A stretch of DNA of 64,000 nucleotides from a candidate division WOR-3 bacterium. GTDB taxonomy: Bacteria > Hydrothermota > Hydrothermia > LBFQ01. The stretch is from positions 64,001 to 128,000 of the forward strand of contig JBDRWW010000003.1 of assembly GCA_039802605.1 (NCBI GenBank), given 5' to 3'. Positions 52,307-62,137 of the stretch are shown piece by piece. The notes under the pieces are model-generated. The model saw only the letters and a list, made by a program, of their open reading frames with translations. It did no database searches and was not told where the DNA came from. The position numbers and the translations under genes are program-made. Each line of letters begins with the position of its first letter. Position 1 is the stretch's first letter.

Positions 52307-52569
52307 AGGTATTTTTAAAAGAAAACCTCGTATTTCAGGATTTGGATGATAAAATCGCCATTTGGGATCCAGAAAGGATGGAAACACTGGTTTTAAACAG
52401 CACGGCTTGGTATATACTTTCCTTAATTGATGAGGGTTTTAACGATTTTGAGGATTTGGTTAAAAGGGTTTCGGAGGATTACGGAATACCGGAAGATGAT
52501 GCCCGTAAGGATGTTTGGGAATTTATAGAGGAATTAAAGGAGGTAGGGGTAATATGGGTAAAAGAATAA
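52303..52569 (+). CDS. PqqD / RiPP-recognition-element family protein
   Basis: LNSTAWYILSLID...EDYGI...DARKDVWEFIEELKEVGVI; start moved to ATG 52303 (ATGA coupling). Confidence 0.85.
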   Translation: MKVFLKENLVFQDLDDKIAIWDPERMETLVLNSTAWYILSLIDEGFNDFEDLVKRVSEDYGIPEDDARKDVWEFIEELKEVGVIWVKE

Positions 52570-53270
52570 TAGCGGGAAATTGGAAGATGAATCCAATAAG
52601 TTTAAAGGAGGCCGTTGAACTCGCAAGGGGTGTTGAGGGTTTATTAAAGGATTTAAACCAACTTGAAAGGATAATATTCCCGCCCTTTGTGTATTTATAC
52701 CCCATAAAGTTGGAAGTTAAAAACGTTGAGTTGGGGGCACAAGATGTATTTTACGAGGATAAAGGGGCATACACCGGGGAAATTTCCCCGAAGATGTTAA
52801 AAGACATAGGTATAAATTGGGTTATCGTTGGGCATTCCGAAAGGAGGCATATAATTGGAGAAGATAACAAAACGGTAATAAAAAAAACAAAAAAGGCTTT
52901 GGAAGAGGGCTTTAATGTAATACTATGCGTGGGGGAAACTTTAAACGAAAGGGAACTGTATAGACATAAGGAGGTTGTTAAAAGGCAACTTGATGGGGTT
53001 CCCGATAGTGAAAACCTAATAATAGCATATGAACCCGTTTGGGCTATAGGGACGGGGAGGAATGCAAAACCCGAACAGATAGAGGAAATGCATACACTTA
53101 TAAAGGATTTGACGGGTAAAAGGGTTTTGTATGGGGGTAGCGTAAAACCCGAAAATTCGGATGAATTGGCATCCGTAAGAAATGTTGATGGCTTCTTAGT
53201 GGGTGGTGCGAGCTTGGATTCGGAAAAATTTCACAAAATAGCCCTATCCCTTATAAGTTTTCAACCGTAA
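52554..53270 (+). CDS. tpiA: Triosephosphate isomerase
   Basis: AGNWKMN, GAYTGEIS, GHSERR, AYEPVWAIGTG, LYGGSV, VGGASL; start ATG 52554 with SD. Confidence 0.97.
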   Translation: MGKRIIAGNWKMNPISLKEAVELARGVEGLLKDLNQLERIIFPPFVYLYPIKLEVKNVELGAQDVFYEDKGAYTGEISPKMLKDIGINWVIVGHSERRHIIGEDNKTVIKKTKKALEEGFNVILCVGETLNERELYRHKEVVKRQLDGVPDSENLIIAYEPVWAIGTGRNAKPEQIEEMHTLIKDLTGKRVLYGGSVKPENSDELASVRNVDGFLVGGASLDSEKFHKIALSLISFQP

Positions 53271-53281
53271 AATATCCGGAA

Positions 53282-54382
53282 ATGGCTATTAGATACATTT
53301 ACATGCACACATATTTAAAGAAGGGTTTTATTCCTTGGGAGGAGGCTACAATACATGTCCTATCGCATGTAATACACTACGCAAGCGGCGTATTTGAGGG
53401 TATAAGGGGGTATAGAACGGACAGGGGTATAGCAATATTCCGCGGGAAGGATCACTATAAGCGCCTTATTAAATCCGCAAAAATTTACCGTATGGAATTG
53501 GATATAAAAGAGGACGGATTTATGGAAATAACCAAAGAACTCATAAAGAAAAACGACTTACAGAACGCCTTGGACGAGGCTAAGAGAACCGGTAAAATGA
53601 AAAACCCCTTCGTGTATATAAGGCCCGTTGTTTTTAGGGGATATATATCTCGGGATTACGATGACCCCATAATACAACCCCCATTAGGGGTTAATCCCCT
53701 AAAAAACCCTACGGAATTCTTTATAGCCGCCTTCCTTTGGGATGACTATTTGGGTGAAAAGGCGATAAAAGAGGGTGCGGATGTTATAACATCCTCGTGG
53801 TCAAGGATTGCGCCGAATACTATACCCGCATTTGCCAAGGGCGTGGCCAATTACGCAAACGCCCAACTCGCGAAGATGGAAGCGGAATTAACCGTAGTTT
53901 TGGATAATTATTATGACAAGTTATCTTTAAAAGACGCCTATGAAAGGGGCGAAGCCGTCAAACTCAAAAATATGAGGTTTCCCGTGGAGAGCATACAGTT
54001 AAACGCCGAAGGTTATGTGTCCGAAGGTGCGGGCGAAAATGTTTTTGTGGTAAGATATGAGGGGAGTAAGGCAAAGATATATACACCACCCATATATGCC
54101 TCAATACTACCCGGAATAACGAGGGATTCAATAATTACGATTGCCCGCGATTTGGGATATGAGGTTATAGAAACACAAATTCCGAGGGATATGCTTTACG
54201 CGGCCGACGAGGTCTTCTTTACCGGTACGGCCGCGGAGGTAACACCGATAAGGAGCATTGACGGAATAATCATAGGTGATGGAAAACCCGGTGAGGTAAC
54301 TTTAAAGATAAGGGAGGAATATGTCGGTATAGCCACGGGAAATAAGGAGGATAGATACGGCTGGCTTGAATATGTGGATTAG
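53282..54382 (+). CDS. ilvE: Branched-chain amino-acid aminotransferase (PLP class IV), with insertions
   Basis: HYASGVFEGIR, YIRP, AKGVANY, EGAGENVF, LPGITR, DEVFFTGTAAEVTPI. Confidence 0.93.
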   Translation: MAIRYIYMHTYLKKGFIPWEEATIHVLSHVIHYASGVFEGIRGYRTDRGIAIFRGKDHYKRLIKSAKIYRMELDIKEDGFMEITKELIKKNDLQNALDEAKRTGKMKNPFVYIRPVVFRGYISRDYDDPIIQPPLGVNPLKNPTEFFIAAFLWDDYLGEKAIKEGADVITSSWSRIAPNTIPAFAKGVANYANAQLAKMEAELTVVLDNYYDKLSLKDAYERGEAVKLKNMRFPVESIQLNAEGYVSEGAGENVFVVRYEGSKAKIYTPPIYASILPGITRDSIITIARDLGYEVIETQIPRDMLYAADEVFFTGTAAEVTPIRSIDGIIIGDGKPGEVTLKIREEYVGIATGNKEDRYGWLEYVD

Positions 54383-54642
54383 AGTATGGAGAAGCCGCTA
54401 AATTCCCCCTGGGCTCCGGTTATTTTGTAATCAACCCTATCAACCCTCCCGGGTCCGTTCTTTATATGCTCCAAAAGTTTTAAAAGGTTTTCTTCCTCCC
54501 CCTCCGCGACTATATATACCGTTCCGTCGGGTTCGTTCTTGGCAAATCCCCGCAAATTCAAGGAGAGGGCGCGCATTCTGGTGTATGCCCTAAAACCTAC
54601 CCCTTGCACCCATCCGTATACCCTAGCCTCTAATCTCTTCAT
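54379..54642 (-). CDS. acyP: Acylphosphatase
   Basis: VYGWVQGVGFR, GFAKNEPDGTV. Confidence 0.93.
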   Translation of the reverse strand: MKRLEARVYGWVQGVGFRAYTRMRALSLNLRGFAKNEPDGTVYIVAEGEEENLLKLLEHIKNGPGRVDRVDYKITGAQGEFSGFSIL

Positions 54643-54880
54643 CCTTTAATATATTTGCCACCTTTTTCATATACCTCCTTATATCCGCGTCTATTTTTTT
54701 GGCTTCAACCATGGATAAAACCCATTTGGAATAAAACCTAACCTTTTCGTTATCCGAGTTTTCCGAAAGATTCTTTAATATTTCCAACGCGGGCTGAACA
54801 TCTTTTGGTAAAACGTTGACCCCCTCCTTAACCTTTTCCGCACATTCTTCCAAAACCTTTATAATTTCTCGCCTTTCCAT
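54623..54880 (-). CDS. Small hypothetical helical protein
   Basis: 85-aa ORF coupled between pepA and acyP; SD-like GGAGGT upstream. Confidence 0.6.
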   Translation of the reverse strand: MERREIIKVLEECAEKVKEGVNVLPKDVQPALEILKNLSENSDNEKVRFYSKWVLSMVEAKKIDADIRRYMKKVANILKDEEIRG

Positions 54881-54883
54881 GCC

Positions 54884-56200
54884 TCACCTCCCGGTTATTA
54901 TCCTTAGAATGGTTCTAACCCCAAAGCCCGTTGCCCCTACGGGGTTGTACGCCCACCTTTTATTGTTGAAAACCGGACCCGCAAGGTCTATGTGCGCCCA
55001 TTTTATACCTTCCCCTACAAACTCCCGTAAGAACTGGGCGGCGTATATCGCCCCTCCCCAGCGGTCAAGGGCCGAATTTCTTAAATCCGCATCGTAGGTT
55101 TTTAACTTCTCATAAATAAACGGATCTTCCAAAGGCATCCTCCAAAACCTTTCCGCGGATAAATATCCGGCTTTTAAAATCTTGTTTGCCAAATCCTCAT
55201 CGTTTGAAAACAGGGCGGCCGTGAATTCTCCCAAGGCTACAACCGCCGCACCCGTTAGCGTTGCCATGTCTATTATGTAATCGGGTTTCAATTCCGAAGC
55301 GTAGGATAGGGCATCCGCCAATGTTAGCCTACCCTCCGCGTCCGTATTTAATATTTCAACCGTTTTTCCGGAATAGGTTTTGACTATATCCCCAGGCCTT
55401 ACCGCATTTCCATCGGGCATGTTTTCCGTTGCGGCAAATATCCCATGAACTTCGTATTCCGAACCCAACTCGCCTAAACCTTTAAATACGCCCAAAACCG
55501 CACACGCACCGCTCTTGTCAATCTTCATGGTCATCATACCTTCTGCGGATTTTATTGATAACCCCCCGCTATCAAATGTTAAGGCCTTTCCAACAAGGGC
55601 AACCTTTCCCTTTGGATTTTTTGGCCTATATGTTAAATGTACGAAATACGGTTCTTTTGAACTTCCCCAATTCACGGCCAAAAAGGCGTTCATCCCCATC
55701 TTTTCCAATTCGGGCTTTGTATATACCCTAATTTCAAAGCCGTATTCCTTTGAAATTTCATAAGCCTTATCCGCCAAAAACTTCGGTGTGGCTATATTGG
55801 GTGGGGTATTAACGAGATCCCTCGTAAAGTTGGTGGAATCGGAAAATATCTTTGACACCCTTAAATCTTCGGAATCCTCCCCTTGGAAATAAACATCAAC
55901 ATCCTTTTCCTTTTGGGTCTTGTATTCCGAGAATTTATAAGATGAGAGTAATAAACCTTCATAAAAGAAACCGTACCACTCCTTTTTGCCGATAAATCCG
56001 GGTTTCTTGAAAAATACGGATTTTACCCCCAAAGATTTTACCAGCTCATAAACATCCGCTATGCTCCACCTGTAATCCAAAGGCTTATTACCGGTATCCC
56101 TTAGGGGAAAGTAAAGGGTTTTACCCCTTACCCTTATATCCCCTTCCTTGACAAACCTTACATTTATTTCCGCATCCGCATCCTTTACAACCTTTACCAT
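54884..56200 (-). CDS. pepA: Leucyl aminopeptidase (M17)
   Basis: TFDSGG, MKIDKSG, NTDAEGRL, ATLTGA, HIDLAG; ATG 56200 or TTG 56203. Confidence 0.95.
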   Translation of the reverse strand: MVKVVKDADAEINVRFVKEGDIRVRGKTLYFPLRDTGNKPLDYRWSIADVYELVKSLGVKSVFFKKPGFIGKKEWYGFFYEGLLLSSYKFSEYKTQKEKDVDVYFQGEDSEDLRVSKIFSDSTNFTRDLVNTPPNIATPKFLADKAYEISKEYGFEIRVYTKPELEKMGMNAFLAVNWGSSKEPYFVHLTYRPKNPKGKVALVGKALTFDSGGLSIKSAEGMMTMKIDKSGACAVLGVFKGLGELGSEYEVHGIFAATENMPDGNAVRPGDIVKTYSGKTVEILNTDAEGRLTLADALSYASELKPDYIIDMATLTGAAVVALGEFTAALFSNDEDLANKILKAGYLSAERFWRMPLEDPFIYEKLKTYDADLRNSALDRWGGAIYAAQFLREFVGEGIKWAHIDLAGPVFNNKRWAYNPVGATGFGVRTILRIITGR

Positions 56201-56212
56201 CAACCGTTTATT

Positions 56213-56857
56213 CTACGGTAGGTCTAATATTAACTCGTATGCACCGTATATAACGGGGTATGCCAATTTTTTGGAATTGGGTATATGATAGGGGAAATCG
56301 TTGGATACATAAACATCCTTTATTCCGAATTCCCTTTTTATGTCTTTTAAAGCGTGTATCAAACCACCCTTAAAAGTATAATCAACGGCCCTATTGATGG
56401 CGATTAAGGTGTCCCCCTTTATACTCCTTGCCATAGAAAGTATCCCATAAGATGCCATTACGCCTTTATAAGGTGGAAATATGGGGCCCCCATAAAAAAC
56501 CCCACCCTTTACAATGTTCAGGGTTATAGATGTTCCCGAAAGTAGAATAATGGCATCTTTTCCCCTTTTTATAAAGGGATAGCTCGCCGCTATTCTATCG
56601 GCCCCTACAACCGAAAGGGAGTAATTGCTCTTTATGTGCAACCTTTCGGGCTCCAAAAGATACACATTGGGAAATACCCTTAAAATGGTTTCGTTTAAGG
56701 GTTTTACCGTAGAAACGAGAATCCCCTTATCGTAGTCGTTATACCTTAAGCCTTCGGCCAGTTGGTATGAGGATGAAATAAACCTTTTTAACCTCCCATT
56801 GTCAAATATCGCCAACTTTAAATTTGTATTACCGGCATCTATAACGAGAATCCTCAC
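56213..56857 (-). CDS. coaX: Type III pantothenate kinase (compact)
   Basis: IDAGNTNLK, VGADR, SGTSIT, GGPIFP. Confidence 0.85.
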   Translation of the reverse strand: MRILVIDAGNTNLKLAIFDNGRLKRFISSSYQLAEGLRYNDYDKGILVSTVKPLNETILRVFPNVYLLEPERLHIKSNYSLSVVGADRIAASYPFIKRGKDAIILLSGTSITLNIVKGGVFYGGPIFPPYKGVMASYGILSMARSIKGDTLIAINRAVDYTFKGGLIHALKDIKREFGIKDVYVSNDFPYHIPNSKKLAYPVIYGAYELILDLP

Positions 56858-59853
56858 ACCAAAATCTTAAACTCCTCCCCATCAGAGGTAATTCTTATGA
56901 TTCCTTCCTTAACCTTTCCCGATATAATCAACTCGGATAACCTGTTCTCTATCTCCCTCTGGATTACCCTACGAAGAGGTCTTGCACCCAATAAGGGATC
57001 AAAACCTTTCCTTACCAACAATTCCAGAGCCCTATCGTCAAATTCAACCCTTAAATTCCTCTCTTTCAGCCTTTCATTAAGCCTATTTATTAGCAGTGTT
57101 GCTATTCTCTTTACATCATCCCAGCGTAGGGGGTTGAAAACTATTATCTCGTCAATCCTGTTTAAAAACTCCGGCCTGAAATAGGACCTTACCACATCCA
57201 AAACCCTTTCCTTAGCCCTTTCAAACTGCCTCCAAAATTCCCCTTCCAATTCCTCCCTCTTCTTATCAAAGTCTGGTGAAGACTTATCAAGGTTTTTATA
57301 AGCGTTGTTAAAGTTGTTTGCCACTTCCCTTAAATATTCCGCGCCTAGGTTGCTCGTCATTATTATTACCGTATTCCTAAAACTAACCGTTCTACCCTGA
57401 CTGTCGGTTAAACGCCCGTCATCCAGAACCTGTAAGAACAGGTCAAAAACCCTCGGGTGCGCCTTTTCAATTTCATCAAGGAGTATTACCGAATAGGGTT
57501 TCCTCCTTACCGCTTCCGTTAATTTTCCACCCTCTTCATAACCCACATATCCGGGAGGCGCTCCTATGAGCTTTGCAACGCTGTGCTCCTCCTTAAACTC
57601 CGACATATCAAGCCTTATCATAGCATCCTCATCCCCGAATAACACCTCCGCCAAAGCCTTTGCGAGTTCCGTTTTACCAACACCCGTTGGACCCAAAAAT
57701 AGAAATGAACCCAATGGCCTTTTTGGGTCGCTTATTCCAGCCCTCGCCCTCCTTATGGCCTCCGCAACCCTTTTAACCGCCTCCTCCTGATCCACTATCC
57801 TTTTGTGTATTTCCTCTTCAAGTTTCAAAAGTTTCTCCCTCTCCTCCTCAACCAACCTTGAAACGGGTATTCCCGTTAAATTCGCCACAACTTCCGCGAT
57901 ATCCTCTTCGGTTATAACTAGTTTATGATCACTTTTCTCCCTTTGGAGTTCAAGGTATTTCCTTTTTAGTTTTACCAGTTCGGCGTTTTTCTTTTCCCAT
58001 TCTTCTATTTTGCCCTCTTCTTCAAGTTTTTTAACCTCTTTTTCCAGAGATTCTATTTTGGCCTTTAAAACGGACAAGTCCTCCGCTTTCTCTTTTGATA
58101 TTTGCCCTTTAAGGGTTTCTATGTGCTTTTCTATTTGCAGGGCGGCGGCCTCATCCCCCCTATTTTTCGCCCTTTCAAGTTCGGCTTGCAATTCCGCAAT
58201 CTTTTCCGATATTTCCCTTTCAAACATATCCGGGGACATGGTTTTTAATTTCTTCCTCGCACATGCCTGATCCAGTATATCAACGGCCTTATCCGGTAAT
58301 CTCCTGTTTTGGATATACCTATGGGAAAGTTTTACGGCAGCCTCTATTGCCTTGTCGTCTATTATTACATTGTGATGTTTTTCAAGTTTCGGCCTCAAAG
58401 CCTTCAACATTAATATTGCCTTATCAACATCCGGTTCATCGACCCAAATGGGTTGTAATCTCCTCTCCAAAGCGGCATCCTTTTCTATGTATTTTCTGTA
58501 TTCATCTGTCGTAGTTGCGCCTATTACTTGAATCTCTCCCCTTGCTAATGCGGGTTTTAATAAATTGGCCGCATCCGCCGGAGCACCTTCCGCCCTTCCC
58601 GCCCCCATAATGTTGTGTATCTCGTCTATGAAAAGTATAACATCTTTTCTGGATTTCAATTCCTCTACCAACCTTTTTAGTCTTTCCTCAAAGTCTCCCC
58701 TATACCTCGTACCCGCTATTAACCCCCCCATATCCAAGGATAGTATCCTTTTACCCTTTAAGGGTTCGGGTACATCTCCCTTAATTATTCTCTGTGCCAA
58801 ACCCTCAACTATAGCCGTCTTACCAACACCTGCATCCCCTATTAGAACCGGATTATTCTTCGTTCTCCTCGTTAAAACCTCTATCACCTGTTCTATTTCT
58901 TTATCCCTACCCACGATGGGGTCAAGCTTCCCCTCCTCTGCTAACTTTGTTAAATCTATGGTAAATCTCTCCAAAGCGCTCTTTTCCTCCTCTTTTAAAT
59001 CCTGCAAGTTCCCGTTCATTTTCATACCCCCGGTTTTATAACCCAAAATTTGCGATAAGATTTTACCGGCAAAACTCCCATTGCTTATAAGGGATTGTAT
59101 AAAATCCGCCGTATCTATATTGCTGGCGGAAGATGATGCAACGCTATCCAAAGCGTTTTCTATAAAGTAAGACCAAACGGGTTCCGCATCCCCTTCAATG
59201 TTTAACTTCCTCAAAACCCTCCTCGCTATTCTCCTCGGGTCAAAACCCGATAAACGCAAGTTTTCAAAAGAGGCGGCTAGTTTATCGTATATATCGGCGA
59301 GCTCGTATATAACATCCTCCGAAACCTTGTTTTTTAAGCTGTTGTAAACCTCTTGCGGAATACTAACCACATCCTCCCTATAAAACCATTTAGGCCTCCC
59401 AAATGTCTCACCAAAAAACTCGCTCAAAATCCTCTCCCATTCCCCAAAAAATTCCTCCTCTATACTCGGCGCCCACCTTTTAACCCTCAAAGTTATGGTT
59501 TTGCCCTTTACGGGACTTGCGGCCCTTTTTACCAATTCCCCGAACTCCTCCGATATACCGAGGTTTCTAAACCTATCGTAAACCCTTTCAAGGTATTCGG
59601 TATAACTTTTTTCAAAGTTATCCAATTGAGACCACACCCCTTCAAGAACCCTATTTACTTCCGATTTTGCGGCTTCAAAGGGTACCCCATTCCTTTCAAG
59701 GTATTTTGCGAATGGATCATCCTTATTTTCAAACAATGCCAAAAGGAAGTGGTCGCTATCCACATAAAAATCTCCCCTCCTCCTCGCCGTTTCCTTCGCA
59801 GATTTTAAGTAGTTTTCCAGAGCCTGTGAAACCGGCTTACCCTTCCAATCCAT
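56854..59853 (-). CDS. ClpB/ClpC-family AAA+ chaperone with expanded N-domain
   Basis: Clp_N (DSDHFLLAL), LDPIVGR, GVGKT x2, LPDKAVD, coiled-coil middle domain, GAPPGYVGY, GARPLRR. Confidence 0.93.
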   Translation of the reverse strand: MDWKGKPVSQALENYLKSAKETARRRGDFYVDSDHFLLALFENKDDPFAKYLERNGVPFEAAKSEVNRVLEGVWSQLDNFEKSYTEYLERVYDRFRNLGISEEFGELVKRAASPVKGKTITLRVKRWAPSIEEEFFGEWERILSEFFGETFGRPKWFYREDVVSIPQEVYNSLKNKVSEDVIYELADIYDKLAASFENLRLSGFDPRRIARRVLRKLNIEGDAEPVWSYFIENALDSVASSSASNIDTADFIQSLISNGSFAGKILSQILGYKTGGMKMNGNLQDLKEEEKSALERFTIDLTKLAEEGKLDPIVGRDKEIEQVIEVLTRRTKNNPVLIGDAGVGKTAIVEGLAQRIIKGDVPEPLKGKRILSLDMGGLIAGTRYRGDFEERLKRLVEELKSRKDVILFIDEIHNIMGAGRAEGAPADAANLLKPALARGEIQVIGATTTDEYRKYIEKDAALERRLQPIWVDEPDVDKAILMLKALRPKLEKHHNVIIDDKAIEAAVKLSHRYIQNRRLPDKAVDILDQACARKKLKTMSPDMFEREISEKIAELQAELERAKNRGDEAAALQIEKHIETLKGQISKEKAEDLSVLKAKIESLEKEVKKLEEEGKIEEWEKKNAELVKLKRKYLELQREKSDHKLVITEEDIAEVVANLTGIPVSRLVEEEREKLLKLEEEIHKRIVDQEEAVKRVAEAIRRARAGISDPKRPLGSFLFLGPTGVGKTELAKALAEVLFGDEDAMIRLDMSEFKEEHSVAKLIGAPPGYVGYEEGGKLTEAVRRKPYSVILLDEIEKAHPRVFDLFLQVLDDGRLTDSQGRTVSFRNTVIIMTSNLGAEYLREVANNFNNAYKNLDKSSPDFDKKREELEGEFWRQFERAKERVLDVVRSYFRPEFLNRIDEIIVFNPLRWDDVKRIATLLINRLNERLKERNLRVEFDDRALELLVRKGFDPLLGARPLRRVIQREIENRLSELIISGKVKEGIIRITSDGEEFKILV

Positions 59854-59935
59854 AAGTGCGAAATTCTAAGGCCGTTAAATTTTTGGTAAATTATAAACCT
59901 CCCAACCTTATAATACTTGGAAAAGGAGGTGAATT

Positions 59936-60196
59936 ATGGCATATGTAATAACGGAACCTTGCAAAGGTACTAAAGCTACGGAATGCGTTAATGTATGTCC
60001 CGTAAACTGCATACATCCCACACCGGATGAGCCGGATTTCCCAAATGTGGAACAACTCTACATAAATCCCGATGAGTGCATAGAGTGCGGGGCATGCGCA
60101 TCCGTTTGCCCCGTAAACGCCATATTCCACGAGAACGATGTTCCCGAGCAGTGGAAGGAATACATTGAGATAAACGCCCGGTATTTCCGCGGTTAA
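59936..60196 (+). CDS. 7Fe-type ([3Fe-4S][4Fe-4S]) ferredoxin
   Basis: CKGTKATECVNVCPVNC and CIECGACASVCP; TATAAT 59909-59914, SD AGGAGGT. Confidence 0.92.
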   Translation: MAYVITEPCKGTKATECVNVCPVNCIHPTPDEPDFPNVEQLYINPDECIECGACASVCPVNAIFHENDVPEQWKEYIEINARYFRG

Positions 60197-60212
60197 GGGT
60201 ATTACGATCTGG

Positions 60213-60244
60213 GGGTGGGGATTATTATTTCCCCACCCTTTTTT
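60213..60244 (+). terminator. Intrinsic terminator after ferredoxin
   Basis: GGGTGGGGA-TTATTATT-TCCCCACCC hairpin followed by TTTTTT. Confidence 0.85.
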
Positions 60245-60267
60245 ATTTCGGTTTTATAATACCCGCA

Positions 60268-60777
60268 ATGGGAATATTCGTTATACTCCTTATAAGCCAA
60301 GGAAAAGGGGAAACTATAAAGAACGCCTATGGCCTTTTTGGAAGTGGGTACTACGGGTATCCTATGGGGAGTTATGCGGCGGGTGGTGGGGGAATGGTAG
60401 CCATAGGAAACTGGTTTGAACCCTTAGCCTTCTTGGTCACCGCGCATGGTATATATTCCCCGGACAGTTCCATAGGGGCGGCCATTGATTTTTCCATAAG
60501 GGGGGCTATACTGGGACAGAGGAAGTTCAGGCAAACAAACGGGAATTTTGCATATTTATCCTTTGGCTTGGGTGTTTTCGCCTTACCGGGCACTTTTGTT
60601 GAAGGGCTTAACTTCTCCAAGGTAAAACCCGATATAATTTTGGGTTTGGGGTTTGAGTGGGCTTTAAGCCCGGAAATATCCATATTGGGTCAGGTTAGAT
60701 ATGATGTTTTGAGTGTAATAACTTACAAGGAAAATGTTGCAACGGGCCAGTTGGGATTTTTGATATATGGTAGATAA
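60268..60777 (+). CDS. Small outer-membrane beta-barrel protein
   Basis: AYLSFGLG, LGLGFEW, QVRY, C-terminal QLGFLIY. Confidence 0.65.
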   Translation: MGIFVILLISQGKGETIKNAYGLFGSGYYGYPMGSYAAGGGGMVAIGNWFEPLAFLVTAHGIYSPDSSIGAAIDFSIRGAILGQRKFRQTNGNFAYLSFGLGVFALPGTFVEGLNFSKVKPDIILGLGFEWALSPEISILGQVRYDVLSVITYKENVATGQLGFLIYGR

Positions 60778-62137
60778 AAAGGATATAAATCCCCCCTACT
60801 CCTTAGAAGCCGAAATGGCGGTATTAGGCGCATGCCTTTATTACCCAAAACTTTTAAACAAGGCTGTAATGGAATTATCCGAGGAAGACTTCTACGATGA
60901 GAGGAATAAAAATATCTTTTCCGCGCTAAAAACCCTTAGCGACGAAAATCCAACGGTTGATTTTACCCTGTTTATTGATTACATTTCAAAGAGGGATTTG
61001 ATTGAAAAGTGTGGTGGGGAAGAATACCTCGGTAGGATTATAGACATTGTAAACGTTGCAACCGGTGAAGTTTTGTTTGATAAGTATATTTCAATAATCA
61101 AGGATAAATCCATAAAGCGCTCCATTATCAACGCTTTTAACGAGGCGGTTAGGATGGCCTATGATGATAATGAGGATGCCGAAAAGATACTCGATAAGGT
61201 TGAATCCATAATATTTGATATAAGAACTAGGGGTTTAAGGGTTTCGGATTGGAAAAGCGTATCCGATATAGTTAGGAATATACACGGTATTATAGATGCC
61301 AAAATGGAAGGTAAAATCACATCGGGGGCGATACACACGGGATTTTCGGAGATTGATAATATAATCGGTGGATTTCAACCGGGTGAATGGGTTATTTTGG
61401 CGGCCAGACCCTCGGTTGGCAAAACCGCATTTGTTCTAAATATACATAGAAACTTGGCCCTTGAAGGGATACCAACGGCTATGTTTTCCTTAGAAATGTC
61501 GGCGGAATTAATAGTTATGAGGCTTTTGGCAATGGAAAGCGGGATTCCCATGAGGAATTTAAAAGAGGGTATAATTACAAGGGAACATCTTACGAATCTA
61601 ACCCGTGCCGTAGAAAACATCATGGAAATGCCTATATACATTGACGATACGGGAAATATGGATATATTTGAACTCAGGAGTAAGGCCAGAATAGCCGTAA
61701 AGGAATTCGGCGTAAGGATGATTTCCATAGATTACTTGCAGTTGTTATCCTTGGGGGCGGCCGCCTCTTCAAGAAAAATGTCAAGGGCCGAGGAATTGGC
61801 AAAAATATCAAGGAGTATTAAAAGCCTTGCCAAGGAATTGAACATAACTATAATAGGTTTATCTCAGGTTACGAGGGAGGTTGAAAAAAGGGCGGAGAAA
61901 AAACCCCTTCTATCCGACCTAAGGGAATCCGGGGCATTGGAACAGGATGCGGATATAGTTATATTCCTTTATAGGCCCGATAAAGATGATAAAAACATAG
62001 TTGCCGTAGATGTTGCTAAAAACAGGAACGGGGCACAAGGTGAGGCGAAACTCTTCTTCCAAAAGGAATATATGAGGTTTGAAAACCTATCAACTGGTGA
62101 GGATTATATAGAGGAGGATGACGAAATCCCAATATGA
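60767..62137 (+). CDS. dnaB: Replicative DNA helicase (no intein)
   Basis: PPYSLEAE, AARPSVGKT, FSLEM, DYLQL, LSDLRESGALEQDAD, KNRNG. Confidence 0.97.
   Translation: MVDKKDINPPYSLEAEMAVLGACLYYPKLLNKAVMELSEEDFYDERNKNIFSALKTLSDENPTVDFTLFIDYISKRDLIEKCGGEEYLGRIIDIVNVATGEVLFDKYISIIKDKSIKRSIINAFNEAVRMAYDDNEDAEKILDKVESIIFDIRTRGLRVSDWKSVSDIVRNIHGIIDAKMEGKITSGAIHTGFSEIDNIIGGFQPGEWVILAARPSVGKTAFVLNIHRNLALEGIPTAMFSLEMSAELIVMRLLAMESGIPMRNLKEGIITREHLTNLTRAVENIMEMPIYIDDTGNMDIFELRSKARIAVKEFGVRMISIDYLQLLSLGAAASSRKMSRAEELAKISRSIKSLAKELNITIIGLSQVTREVEKRAEKKPLLSDLRESGALEQDADIVIFLYRPDKDDKNIVAVDVAKNRNGAQGEAKLFFQKEYMRFENLSTGEDYIEEDDEIPI

Noticed and set aside
60767..62137. Intein in DnaB
   Set aside because: Normal length (456 aa) and contiguous motifs
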